64,000 nucleotides of DNA from NCBI GenBank assembly GCA_963783115.1, contig CAWAMK010000036.1, positions 98,703 through 162,702 of the forward strand, in the 5' to 3' direction. The notes beneath the pieces are model-generated. The model was given only the letters and a program-made list of their open reading frames with translations, did not search any database and was not told where the DNA came from. The position numbers and the translations under genes are program-made. The DNA comes from an uncultured Alphaproteobacteria bacterium (GTDB lineage Bacteria > Pseudomonadota > Alphaproteobacteria > Rhizobiales > Xanthobacteraceae). This document shows, one piece after another, positions 24,168 to 35,210 of this stretch (its first letter is position 1; every line of letters starts with the position of its first letter).

Positions 24168-25025
24168 TCAGCGCTCGCTGCCGAACAGCGCCCGCGCATT
24201 GCCGTGCGCGATCTGCGTAGCGGTCTTCGGCGGCAGCTGCGCGAGCCACGCCCGATAGCCGGCCATGATGTCGCCGTAGCTCTGCCAGCGCTCGTTGATC
24301 CAGGTATCGGAGCCGAGCAGGAAGCGATCGGGATAGCGCTCGAACAGGGCGCGCCATTCGGCCGTCAGCTTGCCGCCGCCGTCGACGATGCCGCTGCGGT
24401 AAGACAGCTCGCCCCACAGCTTTGGATATTTCGACAGCATTTCCGCGACGCGGTCGGTCGACAGGCCGAAACCGGTATGGGCCCAGATGATGCGGGCGCG
24501 CGGATTGTGGCGCATCAGGATCTCGACGGCGATGTCGTCGGCATGGGCGTGCAGATAGAGGTCGTGCTCGACTGCGAAATCGACGGTCTTTTTCACCCAC
24601 TCGCCTTCGGCGGCCTTGCCCGAGATGTGGAATTCGCCGATGCCGCGGTAATAGCCGCGTTTGAATTCGTCCTGTACGAGGTCGAAGATGAAGGGATCGC
24701 CGAACCAGGTCTGGATGTCGGCGCGCACGCGATAGGGCCGGATGAAGGGGACGATCTGCAGGCCCGGCGGCTTGGCATCCATCAGCGCATGCGTGCCGGT
24801 GTTCGGGCGGCTGGTGGCGAGGATGCCGGTGACGCGGTGCTTTTTGAACAGCGCCAGCACTTCGTCGACGCTGTAATAGGGCTTTGGCTCCCAATTGTAG
24901 TGCATATGGGCGTCGAAGATTTCGATCGGCTCGTCGGCACGGGCCGGGCCGGCGATGAACGCCAGCGCCGCCAGTATCGCCGCGCCGCGCGCGACGAGCC
25001 GCATCGCGCGCCCGAACGCCGTCAT
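24168..25025 (-). CDS. Exported amidohydrolase-superfamily metalloprotein
   Basis: Signal peptide ending ARA|DE; DAHMHY, IGEFH, LHAH, WAHTG, LGSD; ATGA overlap with the RND stop. Confidence 0.82.
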   Translation of the reverse strand: MTAFGRAMRLVARGAAILAALAFIAGPARADEPIEIFDAHMHYNWEPKPYYSVDEVLALFKKHRVTGILATSRPNTGTHALMDAKPPGLQIVPFIRPYRVRADIQTWFGDPFIFDLVQDEFKRGYYRGIGEFHISGKAAEGEWVKKTVDFAVEHDLYLHAHADDIAVEILMRHNPRARIIWAHTGFGLSTDRVAEMLSKYPKLWGELSYRSGIVDGGGKLTAEWRALFERYPDRFLLGSDTWINERWQSYGDIMAGYRAWLAQLPPKTATQIAHGNARALFGSER

Positions 25026-28000
25026 TCGGCGGCGACGACGTGCGGCCGCTCGCCCTCGCCGGTTTCTTCCAGTTGCGGTTCGAGCTTGCGCTTCAGGCGG
25101 CGGTCGATGCGGTCGAGATAGATGTAGATCACGGGCGTGATGTAGAGCGTCAGCAGTTGCGACAGGCAGAGGCCGCCGACCACGGCGATGCCGAGCGGCT
25201 GGCGCAATTCGGCGCCGGCACCCGCGCCGAGCGCGATCGGCAGCGTGCCGAAGATCGCCGCGAACGTCGTCATCATGATCGGGCGGAAACGCAGCAGCGC
25301 CGCTTCGCGGATCGCGTGCTCGGCGCTCAGGCCGACGCGGCGGCGCTCCAGCGCGAAGTCGACCATCATGATGGCGTTCTTCTTGACGATGCCGACCAGC
25401 ATCACGATGCCGATCATGGCGATGACGGACATCTCCATCCCGAACAGCATCAGCGTCAGGATCGCGCCGATGCCGGCCGACGGCAGGCCGGAGATGATGG
25501 TGATCGGGTGGATGAAGCTCTCGTAGAGAATGCCGAGAATGACGAAGGCGGCGAACACGGCGGCGAGGATCAGGACGCCCTGCCCGCGCAGCGAATCCTG
25601 GAACACCTGCGCGGTGCCGGAGAAGCCGGTGGCGATGGTCGCCGGCAAGTTCGAGTTCTGCTCGAGCTCGGTGATCTTGTCGACCGCATAGCCCAGCGAA
25701 TAGCCGGGCGCGAGGTTGAACGAGATCGTCACCGCCGGCTGCTGCGCCTGATGGTTGATCTGCAGCGGACCGACGGTCGGCACCAGCTTCGCCACCGCCG
25801 ACAGCGGGATGGTCTGCGTTGTTCTGGGTCTTCATGTAGAGCTTGGACAGATCGGACGGATCGACGCGGAACTGCGGCTGCACTTCCAGGATGATCTGGT
25901 AGTCGTTCGACGGCATGTAGATGGTGCCGACCTGGCGCGAGCCATAGGCGTTGTAGAGCTGGTTGCGGACCTGATCGACGGTGACGCCGTAGACCGCGGC
26001 CTTCTCGCGGTCGATATCGACCGTCATCTGCGGGTTCTTGATGTAGAGATCGGTGGTGACGTCGAGCAGGCCCGGCAGCTTCTCGATCTTGTCGCGCATC
26101 TCGGGCGCGAGCCGGTACAGCGACTCGGTGTCGCCGCTCTGCATCACATACTGATACTGGCTCTTGGAGATCCGGCCGCCGATATTGAGGTTCTGGATCG
26201 GCTGGAAGAACGCCTGCATGCCCGGAATCTGGCGCGCCTTGGCGCGCAGCCGCCCGATGATCGCGTTGAGGCTGTCGCGCTCCTTTTTCGGCTTCAGCGC
26301 AATGAACAGGCGTCCGTAATTCGCGGTGGTGTTCGGGCCGCCGGCACCGACGGTGGAGTTGATGTATTCGATCGCCGGATCGGATTTCAGCACCTCGACC
26401 AGCGCCTGCTGCCGCTCCTTCATCGCGTCGAAGGAGGTGTCGGTGGCGGCCTCGGTGACGCCGATCAGGAAGCCGGTGTCCTCCTGCGGGAAGAAGCCCT
26501 TCGGCACGATCATGTAGAGGTAGACGGTGCCGCCGAGCGTCGCCAGCGTCACCATCAGCATCAGGAATTTCCGGGCCAGCACCCAGTCGAGCGTCCATTC
26601 ATAGGCGCGCAGCCAGGAATTGAACATCGCCTCGAAACGCGCGAAACACGATATTCGGCCGCTTGGTCGCGTCGTGCGCCCGCAGCACGCGCGCGCACAG
26701 CATCGGCGTCAGCGTCAGCGAGACGAATCCGGACACGATGATCGCGACCGATACCGTGACGGCGAATTCGCGGAACACGCGGCCGACGATGCCGCCCATC
26801 AGCAGCACCGGAATGAACACGGCGATCAGCGAGAAGGTGATCGAGATGATCGTAAAGCCGATCTCGCGCGCGCCCTTCAGCGCGGCCTCGAACGGCCGCA
26901 TGCCGTTCTCGATGTGGCGGACGATGTTTTCCAGCATGACGATGGCGTCGTCGACCACGAAGCCGACCGACAGCGTCAGCGCCAGCAGCGTCATGTTGTT
27001 GATGGAATAGTCGAGCGCGTACATCACCGCGCAGGTGCCGAACAGCGAGATCGGAACCGCCAGCGCCGGAATGAAGGTCGCGGACGCCGAGCGCAGGAAC
27101 AGGAAGATCACCAGGATGACCAGCCCGACCGCGATCAGCAGCGTCTCCTCGACGTCGGCCACCGCCTGACGAATGGAGACCGAGCGGTCCATCAGCACGT
27201 TGATCGAGACCGACGGCGGGATCTGCGCCCGCAGCACCGGCAGTTTGGCCAGAATGGAATCGACCACCGCCACCGTGTTGGCGTCCGGCTGCTTCTGGAT
27301 GGCGAGCACGATGGAACGGTCGCCGTTCAGCCAGGTCGCGATCTTGTCGTTCTCGACGCTGTCGTAGATCTGCGCGACCTCGTCGAGCTTGACCGGCGAG
27401 CCGTTGCGCCAGGCCACCACGATCTGGCGATAGTCCATCGCCTTGTCCATCTGGCCGGAGGCCTGCAGCGCCACGTCCTGCTTCGGCCCGTTCAGCGTGC
27501 CGACCGGCGTCGAGGAATTGGCGGCCGACACCGCGGTACGGATGTCTTCGAGCGACAGCCCGCGCGCCGCGGCGGCTTCCGGATCGGCCTGGACGCGAAT
27601 GGCGAATTTCTGCGCGCCGTAGACGCTGACCTGGGCGACGCCCGGAATTTGCGACAGGGTCTGCCCGATGGTGATCTCGCCATACTCGTTGACCGCCGAC
27701 AGCGGCAGCGTCGACGAGCCGAGCACGACGAACAGCACCGGGAAGTCGGCCGGGTTCACTTTCCGGAAACTCGGCGGAATCCTCATTTCGATCGGCAACC
27801 GCCGCTGCGCGATCGTCAGCGCGGTCTGCACATCGAGCGCGGCGGCATCGATGTTGCGGTTGAGATCGAACTGGATGGTGATCAGGCTGGTGCCCTGCGA
27901 GGAGTTCGACGACATCGACGAGATGCCGGCGATGGTCGAGAGCTGGCGCTCGATGACGCCGGCGACCGAGGACGCCATGGTGTCCGCGCTCGCGCCCGGC

Positions 28001-28152
28001 AAGGTCGCGGTCACGGCAATGGTCGGGAAATCGACCCGCGGCAGCGCCGATACCGGCAGCAGGCGGAAGCCGAAGATGCCGAACGCGATGATCGACGCCG
28101 TGATCAGCGTCGTCATGACCGGCCGGCGGATACAGAGTTCGGAGAGCGTCAT
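25022..28152 (-). CDS. RND efflux permease, MdtB/C-like (frameshifts near 25815 and 26640)
   Basis: CIRRPVMTTL, GFVVDDAIVMLEN, GIVKKNAIMMVDFA, RFRPIMMTT. Confidence 0.92.
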
Positions 28153-28155
28153 CGG

Positions 28156-29287
28156 TTAGGCTCCGGCCTTCTTGGCCCGCGGCTCGACCCGCGTTCCGTC
28201 CGACAGCAGCAACTGGCCGTCGACGACGACGCTCTCGCCGCCGGCAAGTCCCTCCGAAATCACCGACATGCCCTGCGAGGTGCGGTCGACCTTGACGGGC
28301 TGGACCTTGGCAGCGCCGTCCTTGACCACGAAGACGAAATTGCCGCTCTGGCTGCGCTGCACGGCGACCGTCGGCACCACGATCGCATCTTCGCTGCGGA
28401 TGACGAGCTTGGTCGCAACCAGGGTGCCCGGCCACAACGTCTCGTTCTCGTTGTTCATGATGCCGCGCACGGTGACCATGCCGGTGGTCGCGTCCACGGT
28501 GTTTTCGACCATCGCGACCTTGCCGGTCTCGGAGCGCTGATGGCCCGGGATGGTCGCGGTGACGCTGGAGGCGCCCTTCGCCATCGACTCGCGCAGATCG
28601 ACCAGCACGCGCTGCGGAACCGCGAAGGTCACATAGACCGGCGCCATCTGGTTGATGACGGCAAGCGGCGTGGTATCGGCCGGGCGCACGAAATTGCCGA
28701 CCTTCACATTGGCGACGCTGATCCGCCCCGAGAACGGCGCGCGGATCATGGTGTAGCTTTTCTGGACCTTCAGATTGTCGAGCGCAGCCTGATCGGCCTT
28801 GATGGTGCCGGTCAGGATGTCGGACTGCGTCCTGGCGTTGTCGACATTGACCTGCGTGGTCGCGCCCTTGGCGACCAGATCGTTGAAGCGGCGGAGGTCG
28901 CGCTGGGCGCCCTCGAGCTGCGCCTGATCGCTGGGCCAGCACGCCCTCGGCCTGTTCGATCTGCGCGTCGATCTGGCGGCTGTCGAGCGTGAACAGCAGA
29001 TCGCCTTCATTGACCTTGGCGCCGTCCTCGAAATGCACCGCGACGATGGTGGTTTCCAGCCGCGATTTCAGCGCCACGCTGGAGATCGGCGTCACCATGC
29101 CGTTGGCGTCGACATCGACGGGCACGGATTTGCGCTCGGCCTTGGCGAGTTCGACCGAAACGATCCGCGGCCGCTGCGGACCCTGGGCATTGCTGCTGCC
29201 GCCCATCCACGAGGAGCGGGTAATGAAGCCGGCCGCAGCTGCGATGCCGACGACGCCGACAAGAAGTATCAAGGTACGTTTTTTCAT
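28156..29287 (-). CDS. RND periplasmic adaptor (MFP), MdtA-like (frameshift near 28930)
   Basis: N-terminal anchor, GDLLFTLD, IRAPFSGR, LWPG, GLAGGESVVVDGQ. Confidence 0.9.
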
Positions 29288-29384
29288 AATTTTTCACGGC
29301 TCGCCGGCCCTTGCAACGGGACAGTCTACTTGCCCCTTGACGGCGACTTTCTCGCCTTATTTCTAAACGGTTATCACAGCCTCC

Positions 29385-29400
29385 TGCACATGGTATGCCA
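29385..29400 (-). promoter_or_regulatory. Possible sigma54 -24/-12 promoter for the MFP-RND-amidohydrolase operon
   Basis: Minus strand TGGCAT-ACCAT-GTGCA: correct GG-N10-GC spacing, but GTGC instead of TTGC. Confidence 0.35.
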
Positions 29401-29438
29401 CTGCCGGAAAATGTGTAGTTACAATCCGGATAGATTTC

Positions 29439-30230
29439 ATGCGAATCGCCACGTGGAACGTCAATTCGGTCCGGCAGCGGCTCGAACATCTCCTGACCTG
29501 GCTCAAGGAGTGCTCGCCGGACATCGTCTGCCTGCAGGAAATCAAATGCGTCGACGAGGCGTTCCCGCGGCTGGAGATCGAGGCGCTCGGCTACAACGTC
29601 GTCACCCACGGCCAGAAGACCTTCAACGGCGTGGCGCTGCTCTCAAAACTGCCGTTCGAAGAGACCAAATCGGGCCTCGCCGGCGACGACGCCGACGCCC
29701 ACGCCAGGTTCCTCGAAGGCGTGGTGACGCTGAAGAGCGGCGTGATGCGGATCGCCTGCCTCTATCTGCCCAACGGAAACCCGCCGGATACGGACAAATA
29801 TCCCTATAAGCTCAAATGGATGTCGCGCCTTCTTGAGTATTCGAAGGAGCGGCTCAAGGCGGAGGAACCGCTGGTGCTCGCAGGCGACTTCAACGTCATC
29901 CCCGCCGCCTGCGACGTCTATAACCCCGCCGCCTGGGCCAACGACGCATTGTTCCGCCCGGAAACCCGCGAGGCTTTCCAGTCGTTGCTCGGCCTCGGTC
30001 TCACGGACGCGCTACGCGCGGTGACTGAAGAGCCGAACCTCTACACGTTCTGGGATTATCAGGCGGGCGCCTGGCAGAAGAACTGGGGCATCCGAATCGA
30101 CCACTTGCTGCTGTCGCCGCAGGCCAGCGACCGGCTCACCAATGTCGGCATCGACAGCTATGTCCGCGCCTGGGAGAAGCCGTCGGACCACGTGCCGGTG
30201 TGGGCGGATTTCGATCTGGAGACGGCGTAG
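29439..30230 (+). CDS. xth: Exodeoxyribonuclease III
   Basis: MRIATWNVNS, CLQEIK, GDFNV, RIDH, SDHVPV. Confidence 0.96.
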   Translation: MRIATWNVNSVRQRLEHLLTWLKECSPDIVCLQEIKCVDEAFPRLEIEALGYNVVTHGQKTFNGVALLSKLPFEETKSGLAGDDADAHARFLEGVVTLKSGVMRIACLYLPNGNPPDTDKYPYKLKWMSRLLEYSKERLKAEEPLVLAGDFNVIPAACDVYNPAAWANDALFRPETREAFQSLLGLGLTDALRAVTEEPNLYTFWDYQAGAWQKNWGIRIDHLLLSPQASDRLTNVGIDSYVRAWEKPSDHVPVWADFDLETA

Positions 30231-30255
30231 GCGAAGACGCGAGGCAACGCTCCAT

Positions 30256-30469
30256 CGTCGTCCCTGCGAACGCAGGGACCCATACGCCGCGGCCCCTCAA
30301 TGGAGCACTGACGGCAGACTCCTTCAGCAACAGATGACCGGGATTATGGGTCCCTGCGTTCGCAGGGACGACGAGGATCTCGTCGGGTGAGCAAAGCGAA
30401 GCGAGCCCACCATCTCGCGATCGACGAGGATGGTGGGCACGTCGCTTGCGCGCCTTTGCCCACCCTACG
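30256..30469. repeat. Composite REP cluster: CGTC-type (30256-30373) plus GTAG-type (30381-30469)
   Basis: CGTCGTCCCTGCGAACGCAGGGACCCATA and inverted copy; second unit similar to 20926-21019. Confidence 0.85.
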
Positions 30470-30486
30470 GCACCGGAGTCGGCGCC

Positions 30487-31338
30487 TCAGTCCCGCTTGC
30501 CCTGCACCCAGTGCTCGAGCATCTGCAGCGCGGAGGCGCGGTCCTCGTCGGAGGCCTTGGTGAACGCGCGGTTGTAGCTTTCGCGGATCCAGGTCTCGTC
30601 GGGAGCGGCGTTGTCGCGCGCCAGGGTCAGCCACATCAGGCCGCGGGCGGCCTGCCGCGGCAGGCGGTCGCCGTTGAACAGCATCTGGCCGAGCATGGCC
30701 TGCGCCTGATGCTGGCCCTTCTGGGCCGCCAGACCCAGCCAGCGCGCGCCGTAGCGGAAATCGTCCCGCGAGGCGTCCGGCGTCTTCAGATAGAGCCGCG
30801 CCAGATCGTATTGCGCGTCGGCGTTGCCGAAATAGGACGCGGCATAGGAGAACATCTCCCGGGCGCGGTCGGAGTCCGGCTTGATCTTCGAATTCGGGAT
30901 GCCGTTGAGATAGTAGCGTCCCAGCGCCACGAAGGCGTTGGCGACGACCGTCGCCTGCGGCGCCGACGGGCTGTCCTCGGCATGCGCGTTGGCGACGCGG
31001 CTGAAATATTCGAACGCGCGCAGATCGTCCTGAACGACGCCGTCGCCGTCGGCATACATCCGTCCCAGCTTCCACTGGGCGATCGGATGGCCGCCTTCGG
31101 CCTGGTATTGCAGCGACGTCAGCGAGGGCGCGGCAACCGCGGTCGCGGCCGGCGCAGACCCCGCCGGCGGAACCTTCTTCAGCGCCTGCGCGGTGACGGC
31201 CGCAGCAGCAGAGGGCTGGTTACCCATGGGAATCGTCGCGTCCGGCTTCACCGGCGCGCCATCGAATGCGAAGCCGGGAGCGGCCATCGGCGTGGCCCCC
31301 AGCATCAACGCGAATATGATACGCCTAGATGTCCGCAT
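30487..31338 (-). CDS. exoR: Sel1-repeat periplasmic regulator, ExoR-like
   Basis: Signal peptide; [28 protein letters not shown]; xth-exoR-ilvD synteny as in rhizobia. Confidence 0.8.
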   Translation of the reverse strand: MRTSRRIIFALMLGATPMAAPGFAFDGAPVKPDATIPMGNQPSAAAAVTAQALKKVPPAGSAPAATAVAAPSLTSLQYQAEGGHPIAQWKLGRMYADGDGVVQDDLRAFEYFSRVANAHAEDSPSAPQATVVANAFVALGRYYLNGIPNSKIKPDSDRAREMFSYAASYFGNADAQYDLARLYLKTPDASRDDFRYGARWLGLAAQKGQHQAQAMLGQMLFNGDRLPRQAARGLMWLTLARDNAAPDETWIRESYNRAFTKASDEDRASALQMLEHWVQGKRD

Positions 31339-33049
31339 AGCATTGCTTCTCGTGCGCACCACCCGGATGGGTCACAGCCCCATCCACCGCCGGCCCAACT
31401 TGTTGGGCATATTTCCACAGCGCACCCGATGTGTGGTTAGTCTCTCGGGGTGCCCATTTGGTTTTGCGATCGGCAAGTTCGGAGTCGGTCAATTTCACGT
31501 TAAGAGTACCGGCTTCGGCGTCGATCTCGATAATGTCACCATTCTGCAACAGCGCGATTGGGCCGCCCACCGCCGCCTCCGGCCCGACATGGCCGATGCA
31601 GAACCCGCGGGTGGCGCCGGAGAACCGGCCATCGGTGATCAAGGCGATCTTGCCGCCCATGCCCTGCCCGGTCAGCGCCGCCGTGGTCGAGAGCATCTCC
31701 CGCATCCCCGGACCGCCGCGCGGCCCCTCGTAGCGGATCACGATGACCTCGCCCTCCTGGTAGGTCCGTTTCTGGACCAACTCGAACGCGTCTTCTTCCC
31801 GATCGAAGCAGCGGGCAGGACCTGTAAATTTCAGCTTCGACATGCCCGCGACCTTCACGATCGCACCCTCCGGAGCGAGATTACCCTTCAGACCGACGAC
31901 CCCTCCCGTGACGGTGATCGGGTTGTCGGCGGACCGCACCACATCCTGGTGCGGATTCCATTTTACGCTCTTGAGGTTTTCGGCGATCGTCCGGCCCGTG
32001 ACGGTGAGGCAATCTCCGTGCAAATGGCCATTATCGAGCAGCGTCTTCATCAGAAGCGGTATGCCACCAACCTCGAACATGTCTTTGGCAACATAACGGC
32101 CCCCTGGCTTCAAATCCGCGACATACGGTGTCTTTTTGAAGATTTCGGCCACGTCGAATAAGTCAAACTTAATGCCGCACTCATGCGCGATGGCCGGCAG
32201 GTGCAGCGCAGCATTGGTCGACCCGCCGGAGGCGGCAACGACGGCGGCGGCGTTTTCCAGCGAGCGGCGGGTGACGATGTCGCGCGGCCGGATGTTAGCT
32301 GCGATCAGCTCCATAACCTTCTCGCCGGCGGCGGAGCAAAACGCGTCGCGGATTTCGTAAGGCGCTGGCGCCCCGGCCGAATATGGCAGGGCCAGGCCGA
32401 TCGCCTCGGACACCGTCGCCATCGTGTTGGCGGTGAATTGTGCGCCGCACGCGCCCGCCGAGGGGCAGGCCACCCGCTCGATTTCGTCGAGGTCCTCGTC
32501 CGACATTTCGCCGACCGAGTGCTTGCCGACGGCCTCGAACATGTCCTGCACCGTGACCTGCTGGCCACGGAAATTGCCCGGCAGGATCGAGCCGCCATAA
32601 ATGAAGACCGAGGGCACGTTGAGCCGGACCATCGCCATCATCATGCCCGGCAGCGACTTGTCGCAGCCGGCAAGCCCGACCAGGCCGTCATAGGCGTGGC
32701 CGCGAACGGTCAGCTCGACCGAATCGGCGATGCATTCCCTCGAAGGCAGCGACGAGCGCATGCCGTCATGGCCCATGGCGATGCCGTCGGTGACGGTGAT
32801 GGTACAGAATTCGCGCGGGGTGCCGCCGGCAGCCGCAACGCCCTTCTTGACCGCCTGCGCCTGGCGCATCAGCGAGATGTTGCAGGGGGCGGCCTCGTTC
32901 CAGCAGGACGCGACGCCGACGAAAGGCTGGTGGATCTGCTGGGTGGTCAGCCCCATCGCGTAGAGGTACGACCGATGCGGCGCGCGCTCGGGCCCCTCCG
33001 TCACGTGACGGCTCGGCAACCTCTTCTTGATGTCGGTCTTGGCGTCCAT
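31325..33049 (-). CDS. ilvD: Dihydroxy-acid dehydratase
   Basis: [39 protein letters not shown]. Confidence 0.96.
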   Translation of the reverse strand: MDAKTDIKKRLPSRHVTEGPERAPHRSYLYAMGLTTQQIHQPFVGVASCWNEAAPCNISLMRQAQAVKKGVAAAGGTPREFCTITVTDGIAMGHDGMRSSLPSRECIADSVELTVRGHAYDGLVGLAGCDKSLPGMMMAMVRLNVPSVFIYGGSILPGNFRGQQVTVQDMFEAVGKHSVGEMSDEDLDEIERVACPSAGACGAQFTANTMATVSEAIGLALPYSAGAPAPYEIRDAFCSAAGEKVMELIAANIRPRDIVTRRSLENAAAVVAASGGSTNAALHLPAIAHECGIKFDLFDVAEIFKKTPYVADLKPGGRYVAKDMFEVGGIPLLMKTLLDNGHLHGDCLTVTGRTIAENLKSVKWNPHQDVVRSADNPITVTGGVVGLKGNLAPEGAIVKVAGMSKLKFTGPARCFDREEDAFELVQKRTYQEGEVIVIRYEGPRGGPGMREMLSTTAALTGQGMGGKIALITDGRFSGATRGFCIGHVGPEAAVGGPIALLQNGDIIEIDAEAGTLNVKLTDSELADRKTKWAPRETNHTSGALWKYAQQVGPAVDGAVTHPGGAHEKQCYADI

Positions 33050-33931
33050 CCGCGGAACCTGTCTTCCCAGCCATTTCCTTGATCGGTCTCGGGAGCAATT
33101 TCCCGTCGCCGTCGTCGGCCCTGAGGCCAAATCAACTGAAAGAAATGGTGTCGTGCAGGGGTGTGGCTAAATAGCGGCGCAGGCAAGTGGTGGACGGTGC
33201 CGTTAACCAAATGTTCGGTTACTGTTGCGGCCTCGCAACATTCGTGGCGCAGCGGCAACCATCGTTTGCACGTATTCGATCCCGCGTGCTGCCCTGCTCG
33301 CCCGAACCTGCCTTCGCATTACTCTCTCGGTGCAAAATCGCGACACGAAAATCGATAGCGGAATTTCCTCCCGGCGGAATCGCTTTGCACGATCTCGGCG
33401 ATCTATTGAGAGGCAAGAACGCGCGTTGCCGAGCGGCGGACAACACGATTCGCCCAGCCTGATAGCGTGGGGTCTTCGATTTCCGACAGTTACTCGCGGC
33501 AGGTTACGACGTTGGGCGTCCCCGCTGTTCGAAACAGATCGCGACATTTTTGTGCGGCCGGCACTTTTTGCGCGCGTTTTCGTCACGCCATGACGCCGTC
33601 GCAGCTGACGTCGTCGATAACGGATTCGCCTTTCCTGCTAGGCCGAAACACGGCTTGCGCGGTTTGCCGGAGGCATTTTTGATCGTCGCCGGAAATGAGG
33701 CACGCGCCTCGAGATCGGCCGCACGAATGCCTTTCGCGTCACCATATTGCCCCTGCCGCGCGCAAATCCGCCGCCTGCACGTCCAGCCCCGGACCCGTTT
33801 GGCTGTTCATCCTTCGATGCGGGTGAGGGAATCCTGCCTCACGTTCTCCCCGCGCGCATCACCTCATGATTCCCAAAATCCATGGTGGTCGTTTTTATTT
33901 CGTGAGGCCTCTGAGTAAGAGGTTTGAATAA

Positions 33932-34889
33932 ATGGCACGCTTCAATCTGAACGGCTTCCTCGACAATAGCCGCTTCGAGGATATGTTAGCCAGGTTCACA
34001 GGCGGCAGCTCCGACCATGATCACCTGAACGGAACGACGGGCAGCAACACCTTGTTCGGCGGCGCGCAAGGAAGACACGCTCGCCGGCATGGCCGGCAAC
34101 GACATGCTCAACGGCGGCTCCGGCGCTGACAAGGTGTGGGGCGGCTCGGGCAACGACAATCTCTCCGGCGGCACCGGCGACGATCTTCTGGTCGGCGGCT
34201 TCGGCGCTGACCGGGTGGACGGCGGCAGCGGCAACGACACGTTGCTCAGCCGCTCGGACTGCGGGCGAAATGGTCGCAGCCCAGGACGGCTCGACCATCA
34301 TCTTCGGTGCCGAAATCGGCTGCGTTCAAGGCGGTCAACGACACGATGACCGGCGGCTCTGGCGCCGACACCTTCCGCTTCGAACTTCAGGTCAACGCCA
34401 AGGACGAGATCGTCGCCAAGCACGTCAATGGCGACGGCACCATCGACTGGGTCGGCGTCACCGGCGAGAACAATGCCACTCACGACCACTGGGTCGACGG
34501 ATTCGGCAACGATGTGATCCGCGACTTCAACCGCGCCCAGGGCGACAAGATCGAAATCTCGGCGCACACCGGCGAGGTCCAGTCGATCGTGCACAAGGAC
34601 AGCAACGGCGACGGCAGGAACGACTACAGCGTGATCACCGTCATCAGCCAGCAGGGCAACGCCGGCGCGCATGACGAGGATCTGCTCGGCACCATCACCG
34701 TCTACGGCAATCTCGTGAAGCAAAGCGATATCGTCACCGACCAGACCGTGTATGGCGCCTACGAGAAGGTCGACTTGCTCGGCCGACGGCGTCCACTTCC
34801 AACTGGAAGACGACGGCGTGCTGGCCGGTGGCGGCACCGACGGCGGCCACCACAACGAAGCGACCGCCATGGCCAACATGCACATGTAA
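33932..34889 (+). CDS. RTX/hemolysin-type Ca-binding repeat protein (several frameshifts)
   Basis: Nonapeptide repeats [45 protein letters not shown]; [13 protein letters not shown]; stop TAA 34887-34889. Confidence 0.8.
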
Positions 34890-34915
34890 GCCAACAACAA
34901 CAAGACACGATCACC

Positions 34916-34942
34916 GACAAGGGCCGCCTCCCGGCCCTTGTC
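34916..34942 (+). terminator. 11-bp stem-loop with CCTCC loop after the RTX gene
   Basis: GACAAGGGCCG-cctcc-CGGCCCTTGTC; no clear U tract. Confidence 0.45.
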
Positions 34943-35210
34943 CTCCAGCGTCCGGTGCCGATTCATTCGTCGCCGGGCGCTGAAGTTCGTTTCGCGGCAG
35001 GCCGCGCAGACAGGCTCATAATCCGAATTTCATACCTGCGCCGGGAACTTTCTTGGGTTCCATCGGCCTCATTTTGCGCGCCTTTGTTGTTCAGACGTGA
35101 CAATTGCACCTCGTGCGTTGTGCTATCTGTCGAGCCGTTGGGGCCGCGCCTCACGCGACGTTCTGGTTCCGACAGTGTTTGTGACGTGGGTTTCGCAGGG
35201 GGACCATGGA

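Noticed and set aside
24168-26627. 819-aa apparent RND-amidohydrolase fusion ORF
   Set aside because: Created by a frameshift; the permease ends at 25022 in another frame and the hydrolase has its own ATG and signal peptide
26561-29287. 908-aa ORF and other long antisense or alternate-frame ORFs
   Set aside because: Shadow frames of high-GC genes; Arg/Ala/Pro-rich with no motifs
33558-33575. Sigma54-like GGCAC motif upstream of the RTX gene
   Set aside because: TTGC is not at the required spacing
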